DNA from: Eledone cirrhosa
Taxonomy: Eukaryota
Direction of reading: 5' to 3'
Assembly (NCBI GenBank): GCA_964016885.1
Contig: OZ024760.1
Span: 33,914,001 to 33,978,000, forward strand
DNA length: 64,000 bases
A program made the position numbers and the translations under genes. Within the stretch, counting starts at the first letter, position 1. Each line of letters starts with the position of its first letter. The notes beneath the pieces were generated by a model. The model saw nothing but the letters and a program-made list of their open reading frames with translations. It was not told the DNA's origin and did no database searches. Of the stretch, positions 12,922 to 26,700 are shown one piece after another.

Positions 12922-13260
12922 GTGGATGTGTGAACTACCAAACCCAGCAGGGATTCATTGAAGTGTAGCAGGAAAAAGGACAGCTGATGGTCAGTTAGAC
13001 AGTACCTGTTGGTCAAAATTTATGATGATGTAGAAAAACAACAGCCAATAGCAGGACGAGCGAAGGGGATGTTTTTTGACGTTAACACCCCAGTGAGAAA
13101 ATTTGATCCGAAGTTATTAGAAGTGTCCAACGAACCTGCAGATCCAGAATCAGACAGATCCACACAATGATCGTGTCTCGAGCTGTCTGCCGGTGAAACA
13201 ATTGTAACACACAATAAATTGAGTTCAGATGCATCACTGATTTTTCGTTTTATATTATAT
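12922..13260 (+). repeat. Inverted partner of 6361-6699
   Basis: Reverse complement of 6361-6699 with few substitutions; it ends in (TA)n. Confidence 0.9.
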
Positions 13261-13264
13261 ATAT

Positions 13265-15445
13265 ATAGCTTCATAGTTAGGATGAGACGTACTCGACAAC
13301 AGAGGACTACCCTAAGGACAAGAATATGGAAGGTAAAGGACCCCACAGCCAGTAACAAATTTAAACGTAGATGCTTTTGACAGTAAGGAAGAGCAATTAG
13401 AGACGTACAGTATAGAGGAACAGTGGGAATTCCTGAAAGTTAACCTGCTGAAGGCGACAGATGAAATCTGTGGCTGGAGCAGACCTATAGGCAGGAGGAG
13501 AGTAACTTGGTGGTGGAACAGTAAGGTGGAGGAGTCAATCAAGGCCAAAGAGCAGGCTTGGAAAGTATGGCGGGATGAGGGAAGTAGAGAACACTATTAA
13601 GTGGTCAGGAGCGAAGCTAGGATCAAGTATACTTTGCAAGAAGGGAAGCAGAAGAAAGAAGGTTTAAGCATGTTCTACAACGTGAGGTGTTCAGGATTGC
13701 TAGGCAATGTGTCAAGGAAAACCGTGATAATGTCGGGGAGAAGTGTGTCCGTAATGATAATGGTGTACTTGTGCTCACTGATACTGATAAGAAGATAGCC
13801 TGGAAGTGTCACTACGAGAGGTTACTAAATGAGGAGAATAAATGGGACAAAGATAGTCTGCCCCAAATCGATCCAATAGAGGAACCAGCAGTGCAAGCTG
13901 AAGGTTAGTATAATAAGTAAGGCAATCAAAGATATGAAGACAAGCAAGGCAGCTGGGCCTTTGGAGATAGTTGCTGAGATGTTGAAGGCATCTGGAATGG
14001 TGGGACACACGATGGTCACCCAAGTCATACAGAATGGGTCATACCAAATGACTGGCGTAGCAGCATCATCATTAACTGCTACAAGGGTAAAGGAGATGCA
14101 CTAGATAGAGAAAATTATAGAGGCATTAAATTAATTGACCAGGTCATGAAGGTCACAGAAAATGTTATAGTGCAACTAATCAGAGAGCAAATTGATCTAG
14201 ACGAAATGCAGTTTGGGTTTGTGTCAGGGAAAAGTACCACAGACGCCCTTTTCTTTGTATGCAACTACAGGAGAAGTACCTAGCTAAAAGTAAACCCCTA
14301 TACTTAGCTTTTGTTGACTTGGAGAAAGCATTTGACAGAGTCCCCTGCGCCATTATCCGGTGGGCCCTTAGAAAACTAGGTGTAGATGAATGGCTTGTGA
14401 GAGCTATACAAGCCATGTATAAAGAAACAGTCAGCAAGGTTAGAATTAACAAAGAATATAGTGAAGAATTTAGTGTAAGAATTGGTGTTCATCAGGGCTC
14501 TGTCCTTAGCCCCCTCCTATTTATCATTGCCCTTCAGGCTATAACAGAGGAGTTCAAGACCGGCTGCCCATGGGAACTTCTATATGCAGATGATCTAACG
14601 CTCGTAGCTGAATTGATGGAAGAAATTCCCAACATGGAAGCATGGCCTAGAATCAAAAGGCCTTAAAGTTAACTTGTCTAAGACTAAAGTTCTAGTATGT
14701 AGGAAGGAAAATAGGGCACAGGTCCCCTCTGGGAAATGGCCATGCTCAGTGTGTAGGAAAGGAGTAGGCAGAAATTCCATTTTATGTCCTAAATGCAAAG
14801 TATGGGTGCATAAAAGATGTAGTGGGATCACAGGTGAGCTATCTAAGAACGTAGATTTTATATGTGGCTGATGCTCTGGTGCAAATAAGTAGCAAGTGCC
14901 TACAGGACACTAGCTCCTTCTATTGCCCAGATGGCTCTATATAAATAGTGGACACCTTCCGTTACCAAAATCAACAGTGGTGGAGGGTGCTCAGAAAGTA
15001 CAGCAGCCAGAGTCAGAACAAGATGGAAAAAGTTCAGAGAGCTTATACCACTATTGCTCTAAAAATGAAAGGCAGACTGTATGATGCCTGCATACGAACA
15101 GCTATGTTACATGGCAGTGAGACATGGGCATTGTGTGCAGAGGATCTGCGCAGACTGGAGAAGAATGGAGCATGCATGCTCCGCTGGATGTGTAATAGTA
15201 ATACACATGAACAGCAAAGCATAAATGAACTAAGTGAGAAATTAGGTATAAGAGGGATCAGATGCTGTTTACTTGAGAGAAGACTATTGGTGTTAGGAAG
15301 GGCAATCCAGCTGTAGAAAACCTGCCAGATAGTCCTATACGAGCAAGACTAGGTCACCCAATCAATCTTGCCTCAAGTGGGACAATTTCTGTCTAAACCC
15401 ATGCTAGCGTGGAAGATAGACGTTAAACGATGATGATGATGAGGA
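13265..15445 (+). mobile_element. RTE-clade LINE, 5'-truncated and decayed, with a (GAT)n tail
   Basis: KGKGDALDRENYRGIKL, QFGF, LAFVDLEKAFDRVP, GVHQGSVLSPLLF, LLYADDL, VNLSKTK, a Cys-rich insert WPCSVCRKGVGRNSILCPKCKVWVHKRCSG, and LHGSETW. It has several stops and frameshifts. The tail is acccatgctagcgtggaa...gacgttaaacgatgatgatgat. Confidence 0.9.
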
Positions 15446-15764
15446 TATATATATATATAATATACATACACATATAAATAAAATATAAATTGTAATTAAT
15501 TAAATACAATATTTAGTCTAAAATATTTCGATTAGTTTCTTTATTAGTAAGTTACCGAGTCTTAAATAGTTATTAGGCATTTATGTTGTTGTTGCTCTGT
15601 GAGTTATTTGACAAATAACTGTCATACCTCATAAAACACGTGGCTTTCTTTCTTTAGTGAAATTTCCTTTGTGGCAAGTGTGTGTATGTATATGTGCCTG
15701 TAAAATATATATATATATATATATACAGACATATGTATATATAGATACATACATATATACACAT

Positions 15765-15813
<49 letters not shown>

Positions 15814-16779
15814 CATGAACAGAACACACCAGATCTAGGCTAATCATTTATTACCAGTCTTTAATTACTGAAATAATCAATTCAATTCAATAGTTAACGG
15901 AGGTTATTTTCGTTAATTCGTTATTTCTTAATCAACTTATTAGTGTTAAATAGATATAGTAATCATTAATATTATTACTGCTTTAACATTCAATTAATTG
16001 CATTCATTAATGAACAGTAAAACATTGCTGAAAATACCAGTCATACCCTGAGGTAGAATTCCACAAGAACAGCTATTAGTAAGAGGTGGGTGGAATGGCA
16101 ATATGGTCACCTGGGTAATGTCACATGGGATGCAGTTCTGACTGGAAAATATGTCACAAAAATACTGAAGTTGTAGTTATGGCAGGAAATGAAATGAAAA
16201 TGGATTTTACCTTAGTGCTGAACAGTGAATCTATATATGTGTCATCATCATTGTATAACCCGAATCCAATCCCCGCCATAGAATTGATGTTGCTATTGGT
16301 GACCAGATTCTGGATCTGAGTGTTGTGAAACATCTTTTCACTGGACCAGTCCTCAACAACACCCAGCATGTCTTTGAAATGGTAACGTATACAGTGCACC
16401 TGTGTTGTTATAGTGTACTAACGTAACCCCTTAACCCAACCCCACCAAAGTCCCCCTCCCACCTATGTTGTCTATATAAAGTTCTAACCTTATATAGACA
16501 ACATAGTCCCTAGCTAGCCATGCAGTCTCTCTATCTATCTGAAAGTTGGGTGAATGTGGCAAAAATGGCCCGAGTGAATGGGCCTTCTCTGTATATAAAC
16601 CTGTAGGTTGAGGAAGATAAACAGAGGGAAGACAGGAACATCTACAAAACCTGTTCCTGGTGTTGAGGGTTGTTCTATCCATGAGGTGTAAAACAACCCT
16701 GTAGTCACGTTCCCCCCTATTGGGGATTTCAATTGTTTTATTTTTATATAGTTTATTGTTATTTATCATTCTTAAAGAT

Positions 16780-16853
16780 TTTATGTAAAACCCCCGCTGT
16801 CACGTCTTGTAATGTCCCATTTTTCTGCGCCCCTGTGGCAAATAAAGAAAGAT
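16780..16853 (+). mobile_element. 3' end remnant of a Tx1-like LINE
   Basis: tatgtaaaacccc...tgtccca...ccctgtggcaaataaagaaag resembles the reverse complement of the 3' UTR at 25880-25950. Confidence 0.55.
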
Positions 16854-16977
16854 ATCTATCTGTCTATCTATCTATATATATATTCACTGTTTACCTCAGT
16901 CTATATCACCCCCACCCCCCGCTCTCTCTCTCTCTATATATATATATATATTTAAAATTCTAATTTTATTTTTAATA

Positions 16978-17260
16978 TTCGGCAATGCCAGCCGTTACTC
17001 GTTCGGTATGCAAATGAGGCTACTCAGCTAATGTACACGTAAGAAAATACTATATATTTTCAACTGTTTAACATATTGGCAAAGGTATACAGTCCTGATG
17101 AAGGGTAATGACCCAGAAACATGTTGATTGTTCCTCAAAGCCAGTGTTGAACAAACAGATGACGATCGGTCACCGGCACAGCTTTAAATCAGGCCATTTG
17201 CTTGCAAATGAATCGAACATTATTATTAATGTTCCATGTAACCCATACGGATATATGTGT
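16978..17260 (+). repeat. Diverged single copy related to the satellite monomer (PLE pLTR-like)
   Basis: Collinear matches to the minus strand of the monomer: tatgcaaat.g.gctactcagc, aaggtatac, cagtgttgaacaaac, gaacattattattaatgttc, ccatacg. Confidence 0.8.
17082..17135 (+). ncRNA. Type I hammerhead ribozyme with palindromic stem III
   Basis: ACAGTC-CTGATGA-a-GGGT-aatg-ACCC-a-GAA-ACATGT-T-GATTGT. Stem I is ACAGTC/GATTGT, extended by AGG/CCT after a small internal loop. Cleavage triplet GUU. Confidence 0.85.
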
Positions 17261-17444
17261 GTGTATATATATATGTATGTGTGCATACTTATATGTATAT
17301 ATATCTCTGTAATGTTGGTACCACAACATCCAGTCCTAAATAAATGAGGTTGTGTAGGTGTCACGACAAAAACACAGTCCACGTTGTAATGTGGCCCTGT
17401 AGGTAACACGGTAAAAACCTCTCAGTTCACACTGTAAATGAGGT

Positions 17445-17593
17445 TGGTGTTAGGAAGGCCATCCAACCATAGAAAACCTGTCAGACAGTCATATATGAGC
17501 GAGACACGGTCACCCGACCAACCTTGCCTCAAGTGGGACAACTCCCGTCTAACCCATGCTAGCGTGGAAGATGGACATTAAACGATGATGATG
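17445..17593 (+). mobile_element. RTE-type 3' tail copy (SINE or LINE end)
   Basis: Homologous to 15290-15445 and ends acgatgatgatgat. Further copies lie at about 40520-40666 (+) and 18806-18856, 22705-22750 and 24475-24520 (-). Confidence 0.75.
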
Positions 17594-18058
17594 ATTGCTC
17601 TATATATACTATTGTGCTTTTGTGGTAAAGGTCTAACCTCACATAACATTTACATTACATATACTATTGTATTTTCACAGTAAAGGCTTTACCTCACATA
17701 ACATTTACATTACTCTATATATACTATTGTATTTTCACAGTAAAGGCTTTATCTCACATATCAAATCTGTGAGACTTTGATATTATCTATTTTGAAAACA
17801 ATACCTTAACATCATAATGAGCTGCCAGTTAAAGCCGGTTTGAACAGAAAGAGGTAAAAGAGGTCTGGGTGGATATGGCCAGTTTAAATGCTAAAGGGCT
17901 AACGTCTACCATGCTAGCAGTCCCTTGCTGAAAGATCATATCAGAGGACCATGATTCACATACACGAAACTGATTTTTGCCCCTTTTCTACAGCTGGATG
18001 CCCTTCCTAACGCCAACCACTTTACGATGTGGACTGAATTTTGTGCTTTTTTGTTGTG

Positions 18059-18112
<54 letters not shown>

Positions 18113-19887
18113 ACATACACATATATAGTTGATAAAAAGAGGGTAAAGTTCTATACTAAAGAAAGGTTATAGTTAAAAAGTGCAGGTGAAAATGCACAGA
18201 AGTACATTTAAAGATTATATTAGTTGTTGGTGGTGTGTGTGTGTGTGTGTGTGTGTGTATTTATATATATATATAAATATACACATATAGTGACAAGAGT
18301 TTCCATAGAATAGATAAAAAAAAAAAGCACTGTATGTTATATATAGAACTGACATCTACTGGACATTGGTGATGATTTGTATGTTATGTGCAGAGCTAAA
18401 ATATCATTGTAACACAGCAAATGTGTTAAGCTACATTATATATATATATATATATCATCATTGGTAACCATCAAGGTGTATGTTGAGTCCTGCAGGTATT
18501 AATATCCATGGTTTTCCTGTAACATTTGATCAATAAGATCCCATACCTCATTTGCTTAACGAGTGGTGTGAAGCCCATCAAATCGGACTGAGGAAATAAT
18601 GTTTCCATCGGTCTTTCCAATTGCTAATACTATCTATCGGTCTCAAATCCTGGCAGAAGGAGCAACATGAAATAAAGTGTCTTGCTCAAGGTCATAATGC
18701 ATCACCAAGTCCAGGAATCGAGTTTATGACCTTTTATTTAATCAAAATAATTTGATGAAACTTCTTTCTCATAAATATCGCACTCACACACACACATATA
18801 TATATATCATCATCGTCGTTTAACGTCTATTTTGCATTTTAACATGGGTTAGACGGCATATATATGAAGTAGTTGGTTACAGGAAGGACATCTAGCCTTA
18901 GAAATCTTACCAAACAAGGGGTTTGGAGGACCCTTCAGTTTGTGTCAAAAGACAATTTCTCTGCACTCAATACCTTTTTTAACTGCAGTTACATCTTGCC
19001 ATAACTCAGAATCTACTGACAAAAGATTAGTGACCAAAATGTTAAGACTCTCTTCCTGCTATTTCAAGCATTAAACTAATATTTTTTCCATATACTGTGC
19101 CGTTTGTTTTGTTATTTTTGTTATTACTTTTACATACTTATATATATATATAAATGTATGTGGTAAATGGACATTAAATGATGATCATATATATATACAT
19201 ATAATATAGATATAAACATATATAGACATTAAAAACAACAACAATAAGTAATGCTTTATTACCCATATTTCTTTGTTTTATTTAACACCAAAAACAGGGA
19301 TGGAGGTCCTTTTAAAATAAAGGAACAGCCAGACAGACAGACAGAGACAGTCAGACAGACAGACAGACAGTCAGAGAAAAATAAAGATATCTTTAAAAAT
19401 TTAAATATCACCCACTTTATCGTGAAGTCAACAAAACCACAGAAGAATGTTGGAAGTGTTTGGAGACTAAAGTTACATTTCTAGTTCAAATCTTCAGCTG
19501 TCGCAGTTTTTACCATATCTCTCTCCCTCTCTTTGACTTTCTTTCATTCACTCTCTCTCACCTTCTCTCTCCCTCTCTGTCTTTTACTCTCTTTCTCTCA
19601 ATAACTTGTTATATTTATGTATGAGTATTGTGTGTGTATATAAGTATAATGATACATATCCATCTATATACACACACACACACATGCAATAATATACATA
19701 CACACACAGGCATATACATATATATCCATATATAGTTGACAGGTGAGAGAAATATTCATTTTATTAAGGCTAAAATAGTGAGTCTTGTAACTCTGGAGTT
19801 TCACCTGTTTATCACCAGACAAAACTCCAGAGTAACAAGACTCACTATTTAGCCTTAATAAAATGAATATATACACACACATATATA

Positions 19888-19925
<38 letters not shown>

Positions 19926-20017
19926 CACACGCACACACATATATATATTCACACGCACACACATATATATATTCACACACACACACATATATATTCACAC
20001 ACACACACACATATATT

Positions 20018-20129
<112 letters not shown>

Positions 20130-20751
20130 AATGTAACATAAATATGACAGAATTATGTGCTTCTCAATAAACCAGCTCAACAGATAATATCCAGAGCAAT
20201 ATTAAGTGAAATGTAGAAGATATATATATAGAGAGAGAGAGAGGGAGGGAGAACCATATATCCATTGTACTAAATACATATTACAGAGAAGAATGTGTAT
20301 TGATTCCATCCTGAGTACATATTCCTCTCTAATATGTATTTCGTATACAATCTACTGTGTCTTCTCTGGATATATGGTTCTTTCTCTCTCTCTCTATATA
20401 TATATACATATATCTTTTACATTTCACACACACATATATATATATATACGTATATATTCTGCATTTGACATAAATATATATACACACACACACATACATA
20501 CATGCTACGAGAGAAAGTCCATTTCTTCAGCTGATCCCAACTAAAAGCTGCAATGTTCTGTTCTTCTAAGTGGAATGTAGACAGCAAAGGGGTTTGACCA
20601 GATCAGGGTTGGGAGGGCGGCAACAATACCCACCCCACAACTCCCATCCAAAAAAAAAAAACAATAAAAAAAAGTAACAAACAAACAAAAAACAAGTATT
20701 TGTTTGCCCCACCAGACGTTTGCCCACATCAAGTGAAACAGGGACAAGAGA

Positions 20752-23700
20752 TCACATAAAGTCGTCCGAGTCATTTCCAGAGTCCTGAAACGAAATAATA
20801 ATTGATGTGAGTTAATTAGAAATACCAACAGACAGGAGAGATCATCATCATCATCATCATCATCACAACCACCATTGTCACTGTCAACAACAACAATATA
20901 CTTACAAAGTTTGATGTCATATTTTCAGGTTTCATGAGAGAGGCATAAGATCTGTAGATGAAAGAGACATATAAATATATATATAGAAAGAGAAAGAGTT
21001 AGAGAAAGCGAGAGAGAGAAACAGAGAGTTAGAGAGAGAGAGAAAGGTTAACTCTTGGCATTCTTCTATAATTTAGGAGAAAATGTCAGAAAAAGAAAAA
21101 AAATGAAAAAGATTTGTTAATTCCAATGGTTATAGTATCTTTAATAGAGACAGATTGTTATATAAATTGCCAGTATGAGACTAAAGACTTCAATCTATAT
21201 TATAAAAGACCTGTTTCCCCGTCTGTCTGTCCATCACACTTATATATACAATTTATTTTGGTTGTGTGTGTGTAGCTCTGTGTATGTTTCTGTACATCTT
21301 TCAACATATAGACAACACAACACAAATATTTAAAAATTACTTTCACTATAATTGTTTCTACTTTTGGCACAAGGCCAGCAATTATCCCAGTGTATTACTG
21401 GTACTTTATTTTATCGACTCATAATTACAGATGGTTGTTGTTGTTATTGAGAGAAATACAGTGAGAGAGAGAGAGTGTGTGTGCATGAAAGATAGGTAAC
21501 ACGTGTGGAAAAACTGTGTGTGTGTGTGTGTTTCTCTATGTCCTAGAGAAAACTGGGGTACAACTAGTATTTGATAGTACAATGAGAAAAGGGTTAAACT
21601 GCAGATATAAACATACCTGAGTTCTTCTTGTTCTTTTCGTCGTTTGATCTCCTCCTTCTCTCGCTGCTTCTCCCGGAGAATCTGCTTTCGCTTCTCTGCC
21701 TGTTCCTCCTTGTCTCGCTGCTCTCGTTCAGCCCGCAGGTCAGGTGACCTTTCCTCCTTTGTCTTTAGCAACCGGTTCACAATGCTGTTCTGTCTCTTTT
21801 CTACATGGACCTTGTGGACCTGACATTACAAAAGGTAAAGTTGACACCAGAGGGAGCTCAACACAGAACATAAAGGGACACAACATGGACCTTGTGGACC
21901 TGACATTACAAAAGGTAAAGTTGACACCAGAGGGAGCTCAACACAGAACATAAAGGGACACAACATGGACCTTGTGGACCTGACATTACAAAAGGTAAAG
22001 TTGACACCAGAGGGAGCTCAACACAGAACATAAAGGGACACAACATGGACCTTGTGGACCTGACATATAAAAGGCAGAGAGAGAGAGAGTGATAGAGAGG
22101 AAGTAAGGAGATACAGAGAGAGAGAGAGTGATAGAGAAAGTAAGAAAGATATATATATATATATATATATACACACAGAGAGTGATAGAGAGAGTGTAAG
22201 AAGGAGATACAGAGAGAGAGACAGAGAGGAAATAAACAGGAGAGATAGAGGAAGAATTGACACCAGTAGTTGACTGGTACTTTTTTGTATATCAACCTCG
22301 AAAAGGATAAAAGGTAAAGTTGACCTCAGTGAGATTTGAATTCAGAGAACAGGAAGCCATAACAACAAATACTGCAAGGCATTCATACAATCTGACGCTC
22401 TACCGACTCTGCCAATTCACAACAGACATTGTTATTTTACTGACCTCTTTATCAGAATTAAATCCGACCTGTCCCACATCCATGTTGGCCGTCTTCTTCA
22501 AGTTACCCCACATTGTATAAACTACATCTACGTTGCTCATTTTGTTGCCTGGAAATATAGAAGACAGTTCCACAATATTAGCCATCATCATCACTCTTAA
22601 CACCACCATCATCACTGTTAACACCATCATCATCATCATCACGCTTAACACCATCATCATCACTCAACACCACCATCATCCACCCCCATCTTCCTCATCA
22701 TCATCATCGTCATTTAATACCTATTTCCCATTACGGGGTTAGACAGGTCAGGTGACCATGTCTTGCTCTTATGCTGTATTTTGGGCTTGGTTCTCTATAA
22801 CTTGATGCCCTCCCTCACACCAACCACTTTAGAACATGTACTAGGTTTTACCATGGTGCCAGCATTACTATCACCTTACAGTGTGTACTAGGTTTCACCA
22901 TTGTGCCAACACTACCACCTCACTAGGTGGACTATGTATTGTTTGTCATGGCACCAACGCTACTACCTTACCAGGTGGACTAGGGACTTTTTTGTGGCAC
23001 CAACACTACTTCTTTATTGTGGAGCTTGTGTGGCTGTCCCTGCATGGGTTTGACAAGAAAGGACTCTCCTATAAAACAGACATTGCTCTAAATATGTTCA
23101 AATAATGATGCTGGTGTTGAAATAAGAGTCTCTGTCATCCAGGTGGGTTGATTAAGTCAATGTCTGCTTACCTTGAATGCTGTTTGCCTTCACCAGTTGA
23201 GCACAGTCATCTATGACAGCCTGTGGTATGTCATCTATTGAATCTCCCTGTTGAGAACAATGGCAAAACACAAACTTACTTAACCCTTTCATGATTGTAT
23301 TTCTAATGAAATATACTCTATTTTAATTAATTAATGAAGAATTTTGAGGAATTTACTAAAATTATTTCATACTAAGTAACTTAATGTAAGGTTCTTATAT
23401 AGAATTATGTTGGAATATTTTAATTTAAATTGGAAACCTTTAAAATGGGGGGGGGGGGGTTATTTTATAGAATCAGAGCTGGTTTTAGTCGGGTTCGTAA
23501 CAAAAGGGTTAAGAAAGATGAGCCACACAATACAAAGAAGAAGAGACAGTTTTAAGAGACTGCAGTCATAAAAAGGTATGTTGGATACATCTTGCTGCTG
23601 CCCCCCTCCTCCTCTTCTTTGACCACTTATTCCTGGGAGGGTCGTAGGGACAGAGTCTTCAAACACACCTTCCAGCAGGTCCTGTCAGACACAACTGTCT

Positions 23701-26700
23701 CCAAATGATTCAGCTGGTTCCCACAAGCGAGACCAGCTGAGCTTATGGGTGTTATCCAACCCTCTTACTTGCGGGGGTCTACCCTTGGGTCTCCTGTGCA
23801 CAAGCGAGACCAGCTGAGCTTATGGGTGTTATCCAACCATCTTACTCAGAGTTCTATCTCTGGGTCTCTTGCCGGATGGTGGTAGTGTGATACCACTGGG
23901 TGTTAGGGCTTCAACACCCTTCTCCAGATTTAGACAGTATGAGGTATAACAAATTTAAATCTTCCCTTGGATATGAAACTAAGGGTGAAGCTGCAGCCCT
24001 CAAAGATATTACTCTAAATATCACCTTGGAGTTTCAAGACAACTTACACTTAGGGTCTTTAAAGAGTTTAGTCTGGAGGAAAGGGCTGCATCATGGTCTT
24101 TTCAGGTCCTCCAAGACCAGTGAAATCAAATCTGTTGAGTTTGACAGTTGTAAGAAAACCATGGACAGGGAGACAGACTTCCAGAGGGATAACATACTAG
24201 GGAGGAAGGACAGGAAAAAGTTAAGGGTTTTAGTTCTAGTAGTAGAGGGGTGAGGGGTAGGAAGAACCAAATAAGGAATGCATGAAGAGTACATTACCTT
24301 GTGTAGACGTAGGTAGACATGTGCAGAGGAAACTTTATCAACGTGAAACCTGAAATGAAGAAGATATGTTGTGAATATATAGATGGCAGATCTACAATAA
24401 CCATTGTTACATCACCACTACCACCGCCACCATCATCTTCAGCACCACTACCACCATCATCATCACCACCACCATCGTTATAATGTCCGCTTTCTCTGCT
24501 AGCAAGGGTTGGACGGGTCTACACAAACGACTTCAGTACTGGAGCGGAACCAGTGATCTCCCAGACAGGTCAGGGATCTGTGTCTCGCTAGTGTACGGTC
24601 TCACGTTCCACTGTGTGCTTAGGAGAGGTCGTCATGCCTTTGACACAACTGTGGGTCCTTCCAACCCTTTGTCTGGCAAGATTTCCCTGGCTGGATGCCC
24701 TTTCTATCACCAACCACTTTACAGCGTGTACTGGGTGTGTTTATCATATAAATCACCAACACCAGGAAGGTTATTATGTTCTTGTCAGGAATGAAAGGTC
24801 CTTCCAACCCTTTGTTTGGCAAGATTTCTATGGCTGGATGCCCTTCCTATCACCAGCCACTGGGTACGTATATCGCAGAGAAAGAGATGGAATCATTATA
24901 CAAAGTACATAAGGTTCAATGTTAAAGAGTGAAGTACTCACCATACATCTTCTGGGAAACCCCACTTGATGAGATCTTCATCTGCAGAGAAAAATAATAA
25001 CAACAATAAGAACCCTTTAAAGTAATTTATTTGTCCCTGCAGGGGTTAGTTTAGGCTTGCAGGCCCCATGAAAGGCTTTATGTTCATAATGGGATCTTTT
25101 TTGAAGCAATGTCTCCTGGCTAAATGGCCCTTCCTGTCCCCTACACTTTTAGTCATCTCTCACCTCATGCAGGGATACGGTATATCTATTCTTAACAAGA
25201 TACACATAGCACAACTAAAACAAACATTTATTAATAGAATATCATTGTATTAAAAATTATATTACTTGATAAAGTGTGTAGCTTGGAGATTGGACAGTCA
25301 CTCCAGGTAGAGCAGCTACTTCTTAGAATAGAGAGATCACAGCTCTGATACTATGGGCATGTGGTTAGAATGTCTCAGGAAAGAATCTCTGGACAGATTT
25401 TATGGGCAAAACCAAGCAGATATTTTTATATAAATACAAACGTGGCATATTATTGTTGATTGAAAGATAATAAATCACTTACTTTCATATTTGTCTAACC
25501 CCATGTAGATCTGGTAGCTTGGAGAAACAACTACAATATAAAGAATAGAATCATTATAGTTCAACACATCACTGTGTACCACATTACAGTTCAACACATC
25601 ACTGTGTAACACAACACTGTGTAACACATGGAGAGGTAAACCGACAGCCAGTGTCATTGAAGGGTCAGATTAAGGGAGCCAAAACAACCAGCAGTCAGAA
25701 GCTTAATAGAATATTTTAACTATAGAAAACTAGTCTAGATTATAGGGTATATAACCTTAACGGGAAAATAATGGACATTAGCAATTGCTATGTAAAAACG
25801 CATATATACATATATATATGTATGTATGTATGTGTATATATATATACACATACACATATAGACAGAGTGAAATAGGTAACTTTCTTTTTATTTGCCACCA
25901 GGGCATCAAAGAGTGGGACAAGTACAATGGGGGCAGTTTACATAACAAGGCGTCCTCAATAACAAAATATAAAAATATAAAATATAAAATATAACAAAAA
26001 TAAATTGAAAAACAAAATCCTCAATAGGGAGGAGGCGCCTTGGGGGGTCGCACACACCCCCGAAAAAAGTGTGCAACCCTTCTCCTCAGGAGCACAGAGA
26101 GAGGGTGCTCCCATGAACTTTCATCTTTCTCACCTACAGTCTGATGTAGAGTGAAGGCCCATTCACACAGGCCATTCTCCCCACCCATCTTTCATAGAAA
26201 CGGCTGGGGTGCAGCACCTCTCTCTCCATCCTGATCCTTCTTCCGAAATGATATCGGAAGAAACGGACCAGTTGTTGGCCAGAGAGAAAGGTGTCTGACC
26301 TCAGTCCTTTCAGACGCATCCACCATACAACCTCTTTCGCCATGGCTACTACGCACAGAAACACTGCCTCTTCTTCGTTTTTGAAGAGAGGAGGCGGCTT
26401 GATCGTTACAATAGACTCGGTGGTCAACCGGATCGGTCCCACCCTTGACAGCAGTTGTTCGACATAGCCCCACAGATCGGCAATGCCCGAGCAGTGTACC
26501 AATGCGTTTGCAACGGTTTCCTCGTCGCACACGCATCTGGGACAGATCTTTTTCGAAGGGTCCCTACCCGGGCGCCCGTGTCTGTAGAGCCTTTCTCGAA
26601 TGGACAGAGCCCCTCGGTAGCACTGCCAGGCCAGGGACCTCTGGAAGTTATCCATGGGTCCTGGGCTGAATGTCCTACCGAACAGGTTGGCCAGTTCGTC

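Noticed and set aside
11463-13016. Many short YI/CV/HT-rich ORFs (also at 15.6, 19.7-20.5, 28.8-29.6 and 40.1 kb)
   Set aside because: They are translations of TA, TG and CA microsatellites.
23900-24253. 117-aa plus-strand ORF inside CCDC25 intron 4
   Set aside because: No recognisable domain and antisense to the host gene; more likely decayed repeat sequence.
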